Shown: piece after piece, positions 13,805 through 24,777 of the stretch | Layout: every line of letters starts with the position of its first letter | How positions within the stretch are numbered: position 1 is the first letter of the stretch | Source of the DNA: Stylophora pistillata | Taxonomy: Eukaryota | Direction: 5' to 3' | Assembly: GCF_002571385.2 (NCBI RefSeq) | Contig: NW_019217784.1 | Span: forward strand, 1,782,912 to 1,846,911 | Length of the DNA stretch: 64,000 nt | Notes under the pieces: model-generated | Told to the model about the DNA's origin: nothing | Databases searched by the model: none | What the model saw: the letters and a program-made list of their open reading frames with translations, nothing else | Made by a program: the position numbers and the translations under genes

Positions 13805-14503
13805 GGGCCAGGTCGCACTAGAGCCAATTTTGTTTACTTCCAATTATTGGCGAGGAAAAAATTGGCAAAAATTTCGCAAGGGCCAAATTTTGGCGGTGGT
13901 CGCATTGGACCAACATGTTTGAGCCAAAACTTTGCTGATTAACATATATGTCATGTCACGAGATCTACAGTCAAGAAAACATCTCGCGCACTGATTGTGC
14001 AAGAATGGATCGTGATATACAGATGATTATTTTCGCGGCTTTCGGGCTTTTGTTGAATTTTGTGTTTCAGTCTCAACAGAAAAACGCAGCGTTTTTTAGT
14101 TTTTTACTGAATTGGTGCCGGTATCCGGTTCCAGGGTAGGAGTCATAGGCATTTCCTAAAAATTGCCGCTCGAATTCCGCGTTTCCACTGTAAAATCCAT
14201 AGAAATAATGGTTAGATGGACCGAGAAAAAAAATAATTTTGTCCCGACATCGTACCGCTAACCTGCACTAGCCTAACAAAGTAATTTTTCCCGCCGTAAC
14301 TTGATCCAAGTATTTTGAAGAAAAATGACAGCTCAGTGGTTAAAGCACTTCGGCTTCTTTAAAGATTGGCGAAAATTTGGCAATCCGCAAAAAATTGGCG
14401 AGTTTTTAAAACTGGGGTCGCACTTATTTTACGCTACTTGGTGACAGATTTATTACTTATGCAAACAAAATTTGCTAAAATTCGCTCTAGTGCGACCCAG
14501 CCC
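13805..14503. mobile_element. PIF/Harbinger (Tourist-like) MITE
   Basis: TIRs GGGCCAGGTCGCACTAGAGC / GCTCTAGTGCGACCCAGCCC with a TAA TSD at 13802-13804 and 14504-14506. Confidence 0.8.
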
Positions 14504-14506
14504 TAA

Positions 14507-15787
14507 GGCAGTTTCGCAATAATCAGTTAATAAGAATCACTTGATTGACCTGATATGCCGAAGTTTCTCTTCTAATTTGTAAATGAATTGAGATGAATTG
14601 ACCAAAAGTGACAGAAAATGCTTTTCCATGTATTATTCCATAAATCTGATTGGTTCCGCAGACATTTCTTCCGGAATTAACTTCGTTGGAGCACTGCGAA
14701 ACGATACCATGCGACAGAATTTCATTGGACACTGCTTAGAACGATTTTTCCGACAAATGAAAGTCTGGTGAATACGGCAACCAATTTCTCAAGTATCCCG
14801 TCCTAAGTTCAAACAATCTGTGTCAGGAAGCTATCTCGGCCGAAGAACACAATTCAGAATTTATCAAGTACTTTAATCAGGATAACAGCACTGTCCACCA
14901 GTGAGGTAAATAGATAATGAAATTACCATAACATGAAAACCAACGCAACATTATCTTTACCATGCAAAAAAATGTTACGCAAGCTATGGTTTAAGCGAAG
15001 AGAACATTTTTCCTGCTTGGGTAAAAAAATTAATTGTTCGATATGTTTCGAATCTCAGAAAAATGCGATAAACCCGAAGTTTTGATGTATCATAGAGGAT
15101 CTCAACATTGCCCATAATTTCCTCCGTCGTTCTTTTAAATTTAACAAGAAGTTTCGATGTCACCTGAAGTGGTTTCCTCTAATGGCGCGGCTGGAATTTG
15201 ACCAATTAGAGATCGAATTTCAATTACTCATGGCAGTTTCGCACTGATCAATTACGAAGAGTTCACTAGATTTAGCGGATATGAGCCTTCCTCTAATTTG
15301 AAATAAAATGAGATGGATTGACCAGTATTGACAGAAAATGCTTTTCCATGAACATTTCTATAAATCTGATTGGTTCCGCAGACGTTTCCGGAATTGACTT
15401 CGTTGGAACACTGCGAAACGATACCATGCGACACAATTTCATTGGACACTGTTTTGAACGATTTTTCAGACAAATGAAAGTCTGGTGAATACGGCAACTT
15501 ATTTCTCAAGTAACCCGTACTAAGTTGAAACATTTGTGTCGGGAAGGTATCTCGAAGAACACATTCCAGAATTTATTATGTATACTTAAAATTTATCTTA
15601 TACACTTGAATAAGGATGACAGCATTGTCCGGCAATGAGGTAAATGGATAACGAAAATACCGTTACACGAAAACCAACAAAACATTATCTTTAGCAAAAA
15701 TTGTTACGCAATCTTTGATATAAGCAAAGAGAACATTTTTCTTGCTTGGGTTAAAAATAATTAGCTCGATATGTTTCAAATCTCAGC
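14507..15787. repeat. Direct duplication of a ~550-bp unit (about 14507-15060 and 15232-15787)
   Basis: Both copies start GGCAGTTTCGCA and share long near-identical blocks such as GACAGAAAATGCTTTTCCATG and GACAAATGAAAGTCTGGTGAATACGGCAAC. Confidence 0.85.
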
Positions 15788-15876
15788 AAAATACAAGGAT
15801 CTCAATGGGTGATGGCTTATACAGCTAACAGTTAAAATTTTGGCCATTTTACGGCTAACGGTCAGCACCATTGACG

Positions 15877-15941
15877 CCCTCATCATAATGGTCCCTCATC
15901 ATAATGGTCCCTCATCATAATGGTCCCTCATCATAATGGTC
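15877..15941. repeat. 16-bp tandem repeat (CCCTCATCATAATGGT) x4
   Basis: Read directly from the sequence. Confidence 0.9.
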
Positions 15942-16178
15942 TTTATTCACGCAAGGTGATCTGTAGTCTCCCTTAAGGTACCTCGCCATTTGGATTTCTT
16001 TAATAATCTTCACTAAATACGACAGCCCAGTTGTCAAATTCAGGCAAAATTCATCGTATTTACGCTTGGCAAAATCATTACAGACGAATTGCCAAACTTA
16101 AAACCCCACTCTGTTGGTTATAAACGAATAATAATACTAGCTGAAATATTCCATTAATTTATACTTTACGTGTACTAG

Positions 16179-19100
16179 ATGGACGGTTCGCCATCATCAA
16201 CAGGATCTTCACAGTACCGTGTGCATTTTACTGAACAAGATCTGCAATATGTTCTGTACGGGAGAAATCCTGTGGAGGTGGTACAAATTTTAAAAACGAC
16301 GACTGAAGAAGACATGGACAGCTCAGGTAAATTAAACTTCGAGTTCCACGCATACATGTTATTGACCTAGGGCGAGGTCTTAACGGTAGGGAGCTACTGC
16401 AACGAGGTCTGTACTTACAGAAAACACCAAGGACCAATTTCTCGCACTAGGTGCTAATTTTTTTGTCTTACGGCTAACTGTTAACCCCGTTGGGACCCTC
16501 TGAAAAATATTCCATTGGAAGTAAAATACTTATGGACGGATTTCTTGCATGTAGAAACCTACGCAATCAAATTTTCACGACCGTAATTAAATTTTATCAA
16601 AAAAAAAACATTCTATGGCTCAACGTATAAAACTAGGAGAGTTACATAAGTTAAAGTCAATCTTCTGTTAAACCATTGTTAAAGATCATATAAATAAAAT
16701 TAAAAGGGACAGTTAACATTCTACAAAACCCAGGGCTCAAAGTTGAATTTTGGCTTTGGGAGCACTCGTGCTACCAGATGTAAAATTTTAGGCGCACTAC
16801 TAAAATTCTAGGCGCACAGCGAAAAATGTTAGGAGCACAGCTTAAAATACTGGTGGAACCAAAAAAAAAAAAAACAGAAAGCTTCAGACGTTGTATAAGT
16901 AATCATTTATCGGCATGATGTCTTTTATTTTAAACGGATCTGTGTTTGTTCCCACCTTCAGGCTACTACTCTACATTAGAGATAACAATAATACTGTTAT
17001 CATACTGTTAGGTTTTTTTTCAATTAACTTCTCCATCTCAAGAAGTATTGCACTTCATGGTACCTGTACATTCAAGGCAACAGAAAAATTCCGTATTCAT
17101 TTCCTTTGAAATGAGCGTGAATAACTAAGAAAAAATACACTGCCAGTTTACTGTTCACAACTTTCATTTGATTTCCAATGAATACACCTTTAGTTTAAAG
17201 CTGAAACAGACTTGGACTTGGAACCATGTCCTTAATACAACATTAACTCGATCATTCGAAATCCTGTGAGTGCCACGAGTCAGCAACTGAGATTAGTTCA
17301 TCTGGCCACTTTCTCTAAGCAAAGTTGGGACGCCTTGGTCTCTGACCGCTACGGTTCAAATAACAATCCCTGCAATAAACATGGCTCTTACTCTTCGAGC
17401 GCTTAGTAAGTGTCTCATGTTTAAAATTGCTGCATCCATTGACTAAGGATGGGAAGGCTTTACAGTATCGGCAGCGAATCAACTCTTTTTCTGAATCGCA
17501 TTCAAGCCATTCGAATTCCTTCAGCCATGCTCTCTGAAACTTATATACTTTTCTTTTTTTGTTGTCTCTGGTTCGTCCTCTATATCTTGGAGTAAAGCAC
17601 TATCAATGGAGCTGGACACTGAAGAAGTTTTCGAGTTCGAAGCTGAAGAAGAAGGCGCCGGCCGGCTGTTCAATAACAAAACTATAGTTATGCAAATGAG
17701 CGTTTCGTAAGAGAATAAATTACATTGATTGCCATTGACTTAACTGAGATGTACAATACAATACAATACAATAAAGTAATTTATTATTCGTCGTTTTATT
17801 TAAATTGCTCCCGCCGTGAAGAAAAAAAGTCTTTTAAACCAGGTTGTTTAGACATTCTTGCCTCTGGCTTTACCTTTCACATCGACCGGTGAACTTGATT
17901 GCCGAGAAGCACGTGCTTTAAAGGTAGCCTTCACTCGCATGAGTCAGCGGAGTATTTGCAAAACCGAATAGGACTGGGATAGAATGGGAACATGGAGCTC
18001 CGAGTTCGGAGAAGCCACAGCAGATAAAGACCAATAAAACGCACACTGATGCAAGGAAAATGATAACTTTATTGTTTGCAGCCCGATTATGTCATACCTA
18101 CGATTGAACTTATTATTTCAATCTTCCGTTTCATGTCCAACCAGTCGGAGTCATTTTAGAATGATCAGGTAGGAAAACAGAGTTGAGTGGCGATAAGCTC
18201 AGTCGCACTAATCTCTGCGATTTATAGGGGCGCAAGTGCGATCACACATGAATTTTTAGGCGCACAATTAAAAATCTAGTCGCATGTGCGACCAGCTGGT
18301 CGCTAACTTTGAGCCCTGAAACTCCCATAAATATAATGAATCAAAACCTCTCTTAGAATCGGCAGATTCGGATTTAAATTTGCTTCTGCCTGGGACTGAA
18401 AGATCGGTAATTAGGTTTTGTATCTAGAAAATTGCTTTAAATTTTATCGGAATATGTAATAACGATCTATACAACAAACAGAGTCTATTTGCACTCAAAG
18501 ACAAAATTTATAAACGCGCTCAGCCAACCAGCATCCTCTATACTGAAACACTAACATTAAATAAACTTTCTGTTATTAAGTAAAATGAAACTTTTAACAT
18601 AACTGAAATTATGTGACACTGATCAAATCAAATGTATGTGTTAACATATAAGAACATTTCAGTTGCGCTTAAGGCATGGTATGGTGTAGACTTTTGTGTA
18701 AGTGTCAGTATATTTTGTTTTTGACAAGGCAATTGGGTCCACTGATAGAGTGAAGTGGAGAAATAAAAATTGATATTAAAAAAAATTAATTGAAAAAACA
18801 TTTCTTACATAAAAACCGAGTAATATGTGCTAACTAATTTTTCTATATAAAAGAAACCGATCAATGTGTACAATCAATATAGTAAAACTCTATCTTATTT
18901 TGAAAATTATAGGGAGAGATCCTTTATTTGCTTGTCTCCGACAAAAGCTTCTAGGAAAAAAAAATTAATTAGCTCGTAATAATCAATTTATTTCATTTGA
19001 CTCTCACTGTTATCCAAAAGAACAACAACCCGAGTTTCTCAAAACAGCACCAGACAAAAGATGGATTAACGTCGCCATGGAGACAGGTCAAAGTAAGTCC

Positions 19101-21922
19101 GCAAGAAATACAAAGCTATGTTACGCTGTGTCCTCGTTCCCGGATGAAGTGAAACTTTGCCTGTCTGGAATCCCAGGGGAGGGCCACGGAGTTTGCGCAA
19201 AGCATCATATTCCTGCGGGAACATGGATTGGTCCATACGAAGGAAAGTGTCTTTCATTGGAAACTGACAACGTTAACGTTACCCCGGATATAGACACGTC
19301 ATACATGTGGGAGGTATGTTCGCTTGTAGACTATAGGTTTATCACTTTAAGATTAATGAATTGACTTTTAAATTTTTCAATATTACAATATTGAAATCAG
19401 GCTTATGACTAAATTTCACATACTTACACTGTGTTTCTTGAATCACTGCAAGTTCACTTTATTGACAAATCATGCACCAGGCTTTTTAGGTTTTATTACT
19501 GAATTCGAACCAACACTCAACTTGTTTCCTCCTGTAAAGCTCTAGACAAATGAATCATAACTCAATAGCTGAGAAAATAACATCGATTATGGTATTTTTT
19601 TTCTGTTTCTTTGTTTGTTTTTGTCATTTCTTTCGGAAATCCAGTAGCACTAAGACCAGCACCAACATTAATATGTTATTCTTTCTTGCTGCAGGTCTAC
19701 GACAACGGTAAGCTGGCATTTTTTTTGGACGGAAGTGATACGGATACCTCTAGCTGGATGCGCTTTATTCGCTGTGCTCGTCACAAGGAGGAGCAAAACA
19801 TGTTTGCATTCCAGCACAACAAGAGTATCTTTTATCGCGCTTTCCGTGAAATACCGAGTGGCACGGAGTTATTGGTCTGGTATGATGACAAATATTACCT
19901 CCAGCACATGGGAATACCTGTTAGTAACTGGGATAAGGACATTTCACAGCACTTTCCAGGTGAGAGATTTCTCAGTAACTGAAACTGGATCATTGTATGC
20001 CTAAAAAAAGATGGCTCTGATGCCATAATTAGCAAATGTAGTCCAAAATAAGGAGGTCACATACGTTAGTTTTTTTTTTTTTCAACAACGAATTCCAAAA
20101 ACGTTGCCTTTCAATTCCTGAGTTCAGAAAATATAAATGCGCGAATTAAGACATTGTTTATTGACTATTTTGAATTAGATGTTGTGTCAGCAATTCATTA
20201 CATAATAATTTGGATATATCAACAAAGTTGAAATGGCAAATTGGCCACCGTAACGATTACAAAAGCTGACGTTTCGAGCGTTAGCCCTTCGTCGGAGCAA
20301 ACAGAGGAATTGTGAGTCGTGTGTGCTTTTAAGGGCAGAAAATGGAGCTACGTTATTGGTGGGAACATGGCAACGAGAAAAACAGGAATAAATTACTGCC
20401 TTCTTTCAAACCGGCAGTCTAAATCCCACAGTGATCAACGAACGCTTTTCATTCCACTAATTCATTCGTGTTTTTCTCGATGCCATGTTCCCTCCAATAA
20501 CGTAGCTCCATTTTCTGCCCTTAAACACGAAGGCGCGCTATAAAAGGAGCCTTAGGTCCCACTGGACCATTTGTCAATCAACCGTCGTGTGATGTAGAAC
20601 TCTTAGAGTCAAGTCAGCTTGAGCTACAGCTCCTCCAAAGCAGTGAACAGCGGGCGCATTCCTTAAAATTGTTTTATTTCTTCATCACAATACAAGAATG
20701 AGATTTGTATTTCCTTTCTCCAATGGAAACTGTCTTTATTTGTGGCGGTAAATTTGAGATTGAAGTAGGTGGTTCGCACGTTACCTCATGCCACCATGCT
20801 GGTGGAAGTAAACAGTAGATATCTCATGCATTAGCTCCTTTTGTTCCTCTACCAGCATTTGAATTTGACCCGCACACGTTAACGGTGAGTGACAAATGAA
20901 CCTAGGTCTTCCCAGGGAAGGCTTCTTTATACAGCGCGCCTTCGTGTTTAAAAGCACACACAACCCACAATTCCTCTATTCGCTCCGACGATGGGCTAAC
21001 GCTCGAAACGTCAGCTTTTGTAATCGTTACGGTCGCCAATTTATCATTTCAACTTTGTTGATATATCCAAATTATTTCGTTACCCCCACCGACGCAGCCC
21101 CAAACATTTTCTTTAGAAACTATCAGCCTTAATTCATTACATAATTCGATTTGGTCAAACTCTTGTCCTGTAACAGGACGTACACAGACGACGAGCAAAT
21201 ATATGACAAAATGTAACTCCATTTCTTTTCTAGTTTTTAAAGGGAAAGCATCGAGCACGCAACATGCAGGCAATGTCACTATTTCAAGCGCCCATGAATC
21301 ACAGAGTGAACAAGAAACTTCTCCAGTTAATATGAGTCATGAAACTAACCATCAAGAGAGGAGCAGCAAGTCTTGTGTCAAAAACAGCCTCCCTCCTTGT
21401 AAGCGGCAGGTTGACAAATCATTCCCTCAAGAAACAGAACGACCCCTCAAGCTGCCCCGAATGCAACAAGAATCGAGCAATGGTACCTCACCAGCAGAAA
21501 ACAACTCGGTTACCACCACAGGAATTCAGCTGACCACAGGATACCGTAAGATATATGATAAAGTGTTGGAGAACATCAGGGAAAGCGATGATTTCAAATG
21601 TGGTCAGTGCAAAATGTCCTTCACTCAACGCTCTCTTCTGAATAATCATCTCTGTTCGCGCATGCCTTGTAAGCCCTATCGATGTGGCCATTGTCATGAA
21701 TCTTTTGCGCAACCTAAAGAACTGCGCATGCACGCAGTTGTTCACGTGAGTGAGAAGCCCTTCAAATGCGGTTACTGCCTGCGATCGTTCAGCGGAGCGA
21801 CTACTGTGAATAATCACATGCGCACGCATACTGGAGAGAAGCCATTTTCATGTGAACGGTGTGGAAAGTCTTTTTCACAAGCTTCCCAGCTAAGTCGACA
21901 TCGTAGGATTTGCATAAATTAA
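16179..21922 (+). CDS. PRDM6: PRDM6-like PR/SET-domain zinc-finger protein, paralogue g2 (~464 aa)
   Basis: Exons 16179-16326, 19021-19313, 19695-19959 and 21234-21922 (phases 1,0,1). Motif [12 protein letters not shown], intact PR domain ([29 protein letters not shown]) and four PRDM6-type fingers. No zinc knuckle. The ATG follows an AG acceptor, so an upstream exon may exist. AATAAA at 22541-22546. Confidence 0.9.
16731..18318. mobile_element. Non-autonomous hAT-like element (~1.6 kb) in g2 intron 1
   Basis: 14-bp TIRs CAGGGCTCAAAGTT / AACTTTGAGCCCTG with TAGGCGCAC subterminal repeats at both ends. TSD not clearly preserved and no transposase ORF. Confidence 0.7.
20207..21130. mobile_element. 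Penelope-like retroelement relic with inverted pseudo-LTR arms in g2 intron 3
   Basis: 15-bp flanking duplication AATTCATTACATAAT (20192-20206, 21131-21145) and inverted arms at about 20207-20330 and 20945-21075. Residual frame [19 protein letters not shown] (20401-20460) resembles a PLE GIY-YIG C-terminus. Minimal hammerhead motifs in both arms. Confidence 0.75.
20982..21015 (+). ncRNA. Minimal type-I hammerhead ribozyme-like motif (PLE-associated; core variant CCGACGA)
   Basis: GCT-CCGACGA-T-GGGC-TAAC-GCTC-GAAAC-GTC-AGC: stem I GCT/AGC, stem II GGGC/GCTC, palindromic ACGT stem III and a GUC site. An inverted copy lies at 20265-20298. Confidence 0.6.
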
Positions 21923-22844
21923 AATTTATCAAAAATATTTTTAAGCCCTCATGAAGTTAGCCGTATTTTGGCGAAAATCTTAAAAGTAATAATTCTCAAA
22001 ATGAATTATAAATAAGGTTGAAGAATTCCAGTTAGCGTGAGCAAAACACCACTGAATTCCAATCAGAGGCCTTTTATAGTTTGAATTTAGCTTGACTTGT
22101 ACAGGTGGTAAATATTTTTATCTCTATTGAGCAATTAGGAACATATATCAAGAAGTAAGTAAGAATTAGAGTAAGTTCTTTAAATGAACAACGTTGTAAT
22201 GTAATTCAACTTGGTTTTTCTCTCTCTCACCTATCCTTAATACATAAACATTCCTTTTATTTCGCTGTTTCGTCGTAAACAGATTTGGTTGCTCTTCAGG
22301 CCATCTGATTAACTTATATTCAAATCAACTCATTTTTAAAAATTTCTAATGCAATTCATACTTTTCAAAATATAAAAACCTTTTTTGGCACTAGAAGGCT
22401 AATATTTATCATTGTTGTGCACCGACAGATAAGGCGCATAGCGTCTTTGAATATTTATCTCTCGTTAGTGGCTATGTACAAAAGCTGATGATGTAAAAAG
22501 GCTAGTTGTAATGCACCTTCAATCATATTGACGATAATGTAATAAAATATTTCGTTTCCCAGTTACTCAGTCTCCCCATTTCATGTTTGTTTTTGTCGAT
22601 TTATGAGATTCCCATTCACATAATCTAAGGATGGAGGAAGGGACCTTCATCTGCAAAATTTGAGTGGCAATATTGTAATACTAGCACTCTACTGAAGTAT
22701 TACTAAAATAAACCCTGAATCAATCAGTCATTAGACCTCATTCGTTCACAGTTCAAAAAAATGCGATCTTGTGAGGAATTTTTAGGATGCACTGAGCATT
22801 TGTGGTGCTGGGTCGGTGGGGAGGACTACATGAAAACTTGGCTT

Positions 22845-23022
22845 TATTATTTCAGCTGATAATTTTAACTGGTCAACTTAAAAGGTTTTTAAAGCTCAAG
22901 TTTCGATCTTTAGCCCTTCGTTATTCGCTCTAACGAAGGGCTAACGCTCGAAACGTTAGCTTTAGGAACTCTTTGCGGCGGCCAACTTACATTATCAATT
23001 CAGTTGATAAAACTAGATTATC
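22845..23022 (+). mobile_element. Second, more decayed Penelope-like pLTR fragment with a dead hammerhead motif
   Basis: GCTCTAACGAAGGGCTAACGCTCGAAACGTTAGC (22927-22960) plus the same downstream tail as 21016-21075, preceded by a degenerate inverted copy. A further fragment lies at about 48550-48620. Confidence 0.6.
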
Positions 23023-23256
23023 TTAGGATGTGTAGACTTCGTTTAATGAGAAAGTTGTAGAGTTAAATTGGGAGAAGCAAATACGGTCTGCTAGCAAAGA
23101 AGTATTGTTAAGATATCGAGATAACCGTAACTTAATTGCTACAACTATATTGGTTGTATTGCTACAAGAGTTGTTCATATTTCTAATACAACCAGTATAC
23201 TTCTGCGGTTGAAAAGTTTTTGCCATATCGATAGCGTTTCCACGTAAGTGTTGTCA

Positions 23257-23330
23257 TATTGGTGTCTATTGGTGTATATTGGTGTATATTGGTGTATATT
23301 GGTGTTTATTGGTGTCTATTGGTGCATATT
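23257..23330. repeat. 10-bp tandem repeat (TATTGGTGTA)~7
   Basis: Read directly from the sequence. Confidence 0.85.
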
Positions 23331-24538
23331 AGTTCATTTGTGAAATGCAAGAATTTTGGAGCAAATACCTGGACGTAAAAATCTTATCAAGGGTACTTTG
23401 AATCATCATGTTAGGGTGACAAAATATTCTACTTTATGAAAATTCTTGGAATAAAATGAAGATCAAATTGTATTTCCAAGCGAAAGGTAGCGCCAAATTA
23501 GCATTTGGGAGTCGTGACTGGTTCGAAACCCGTTGGAGAATGCACATTTTCATGACTCTTTCAACTGCAACTCAGTCTTCGAATGAGACTTGATCAAGGA
23601 GGATCCTTTATTTGCTCAAGAGGCGAGAAGGCCTAAGATTTGGATGATTTCTAAACCTATCTCAGGTATCTTAGGATAGAATGTAAAGTTCTGATCTAAA
23701 ACTATGGGTAATTCATTCAAGACGACCTCCTCCGACTTATGTGTTTTAATGGTTTTGCTGATGAACAATTCATTTAGCCTCACGGCTTGGTAAGTATCAT
23801 GAACATTCACTCGAAAGTAGGATGAGCGCGTTCCACCTCCCCTCCCCCGCGCAGAAAAATTAATGCTGATCGTGATTGACCACAATTAGATCTGGGAGCC
23901 ATTCACAAAATCCATCCCAGGCCCCAAGCGAATCAAGGTTCGATTTGGCGGTTGGTTATATTGAAGGAAGGATGAGGTGTGCGATTTTATCACGATGAGA
24001 TCTAATAAACTTGAATATAGGTAATCACATAATTTCGAATGCAATTTAGAATAAATAACGAGTTATTTTTTAAAAAAACAAGCGAAATTATACGAGTCCA
24101 TGGGCAAGTGCGATTTGTATTCTTCAAAATAATTTATACGCGTTTAGTCATTTCATATTTCCAGGGAAATATCATGTAACAACTTATTGATCATATGTAC
24201 GAAAAAAAATTGACATACATTTTTTCCATAATCATGCAGAAGCAAAGCGCGCGAGTCACGGTGTGCTTACAGTCAAAAAAAGTCGCTTTCAATTAAAACA
24301 ACATTTTTTTAGATGTATTGATAAGTTATTTGCGGCGAAAAGCTCAAAGCCTGGCTTAACATATTGTTACCTTCTATTGCACCAAAGTATCTTTCACTGC
24401 ACCGAATCAACCCTCTTCTACATTGTGTTAGCTTGAAAAATTGCAGCAGGATAAAATATTGTCATGTTTATTATTGATAAGGAAATAAGATTAGAAGATA
24501 AGAGGAGATGTTATCATGACACAGAGGTTAGCGTCCAG

Positions 24539-24777
24539 GCCCCGGTTGTTCAAAGCTGGATTAAGATAACCCAGGGTTACTGTAAAATCTGATATCAGAT
24601 CTGAAAGCTTTGAAAGGAAATTCAGTGGAATTCTTTTAGTCTACACCTTGGTGATTGGATGCTCTAAAAAGTGTAAGGAATATTATCCCAAAAAAGACTT
24701 TTGAACAAGGGATTAAAGAAACCCTGATTAGAATTTAACCTTGGGTTTGTGCTAATCAGCCTTCGAACAACTGGGTT
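24539..24777. mobile_element. Short Harbinger-like MITE
   Basis: Imperfect TIRs GCCCCGGTTGTTCAAAGCTGGATTAAG / CTAATCAGCCTTCGAACAACTGGGTT with a CAG TSD (24536-24538, 24778-24780). Confidence 0.65.
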
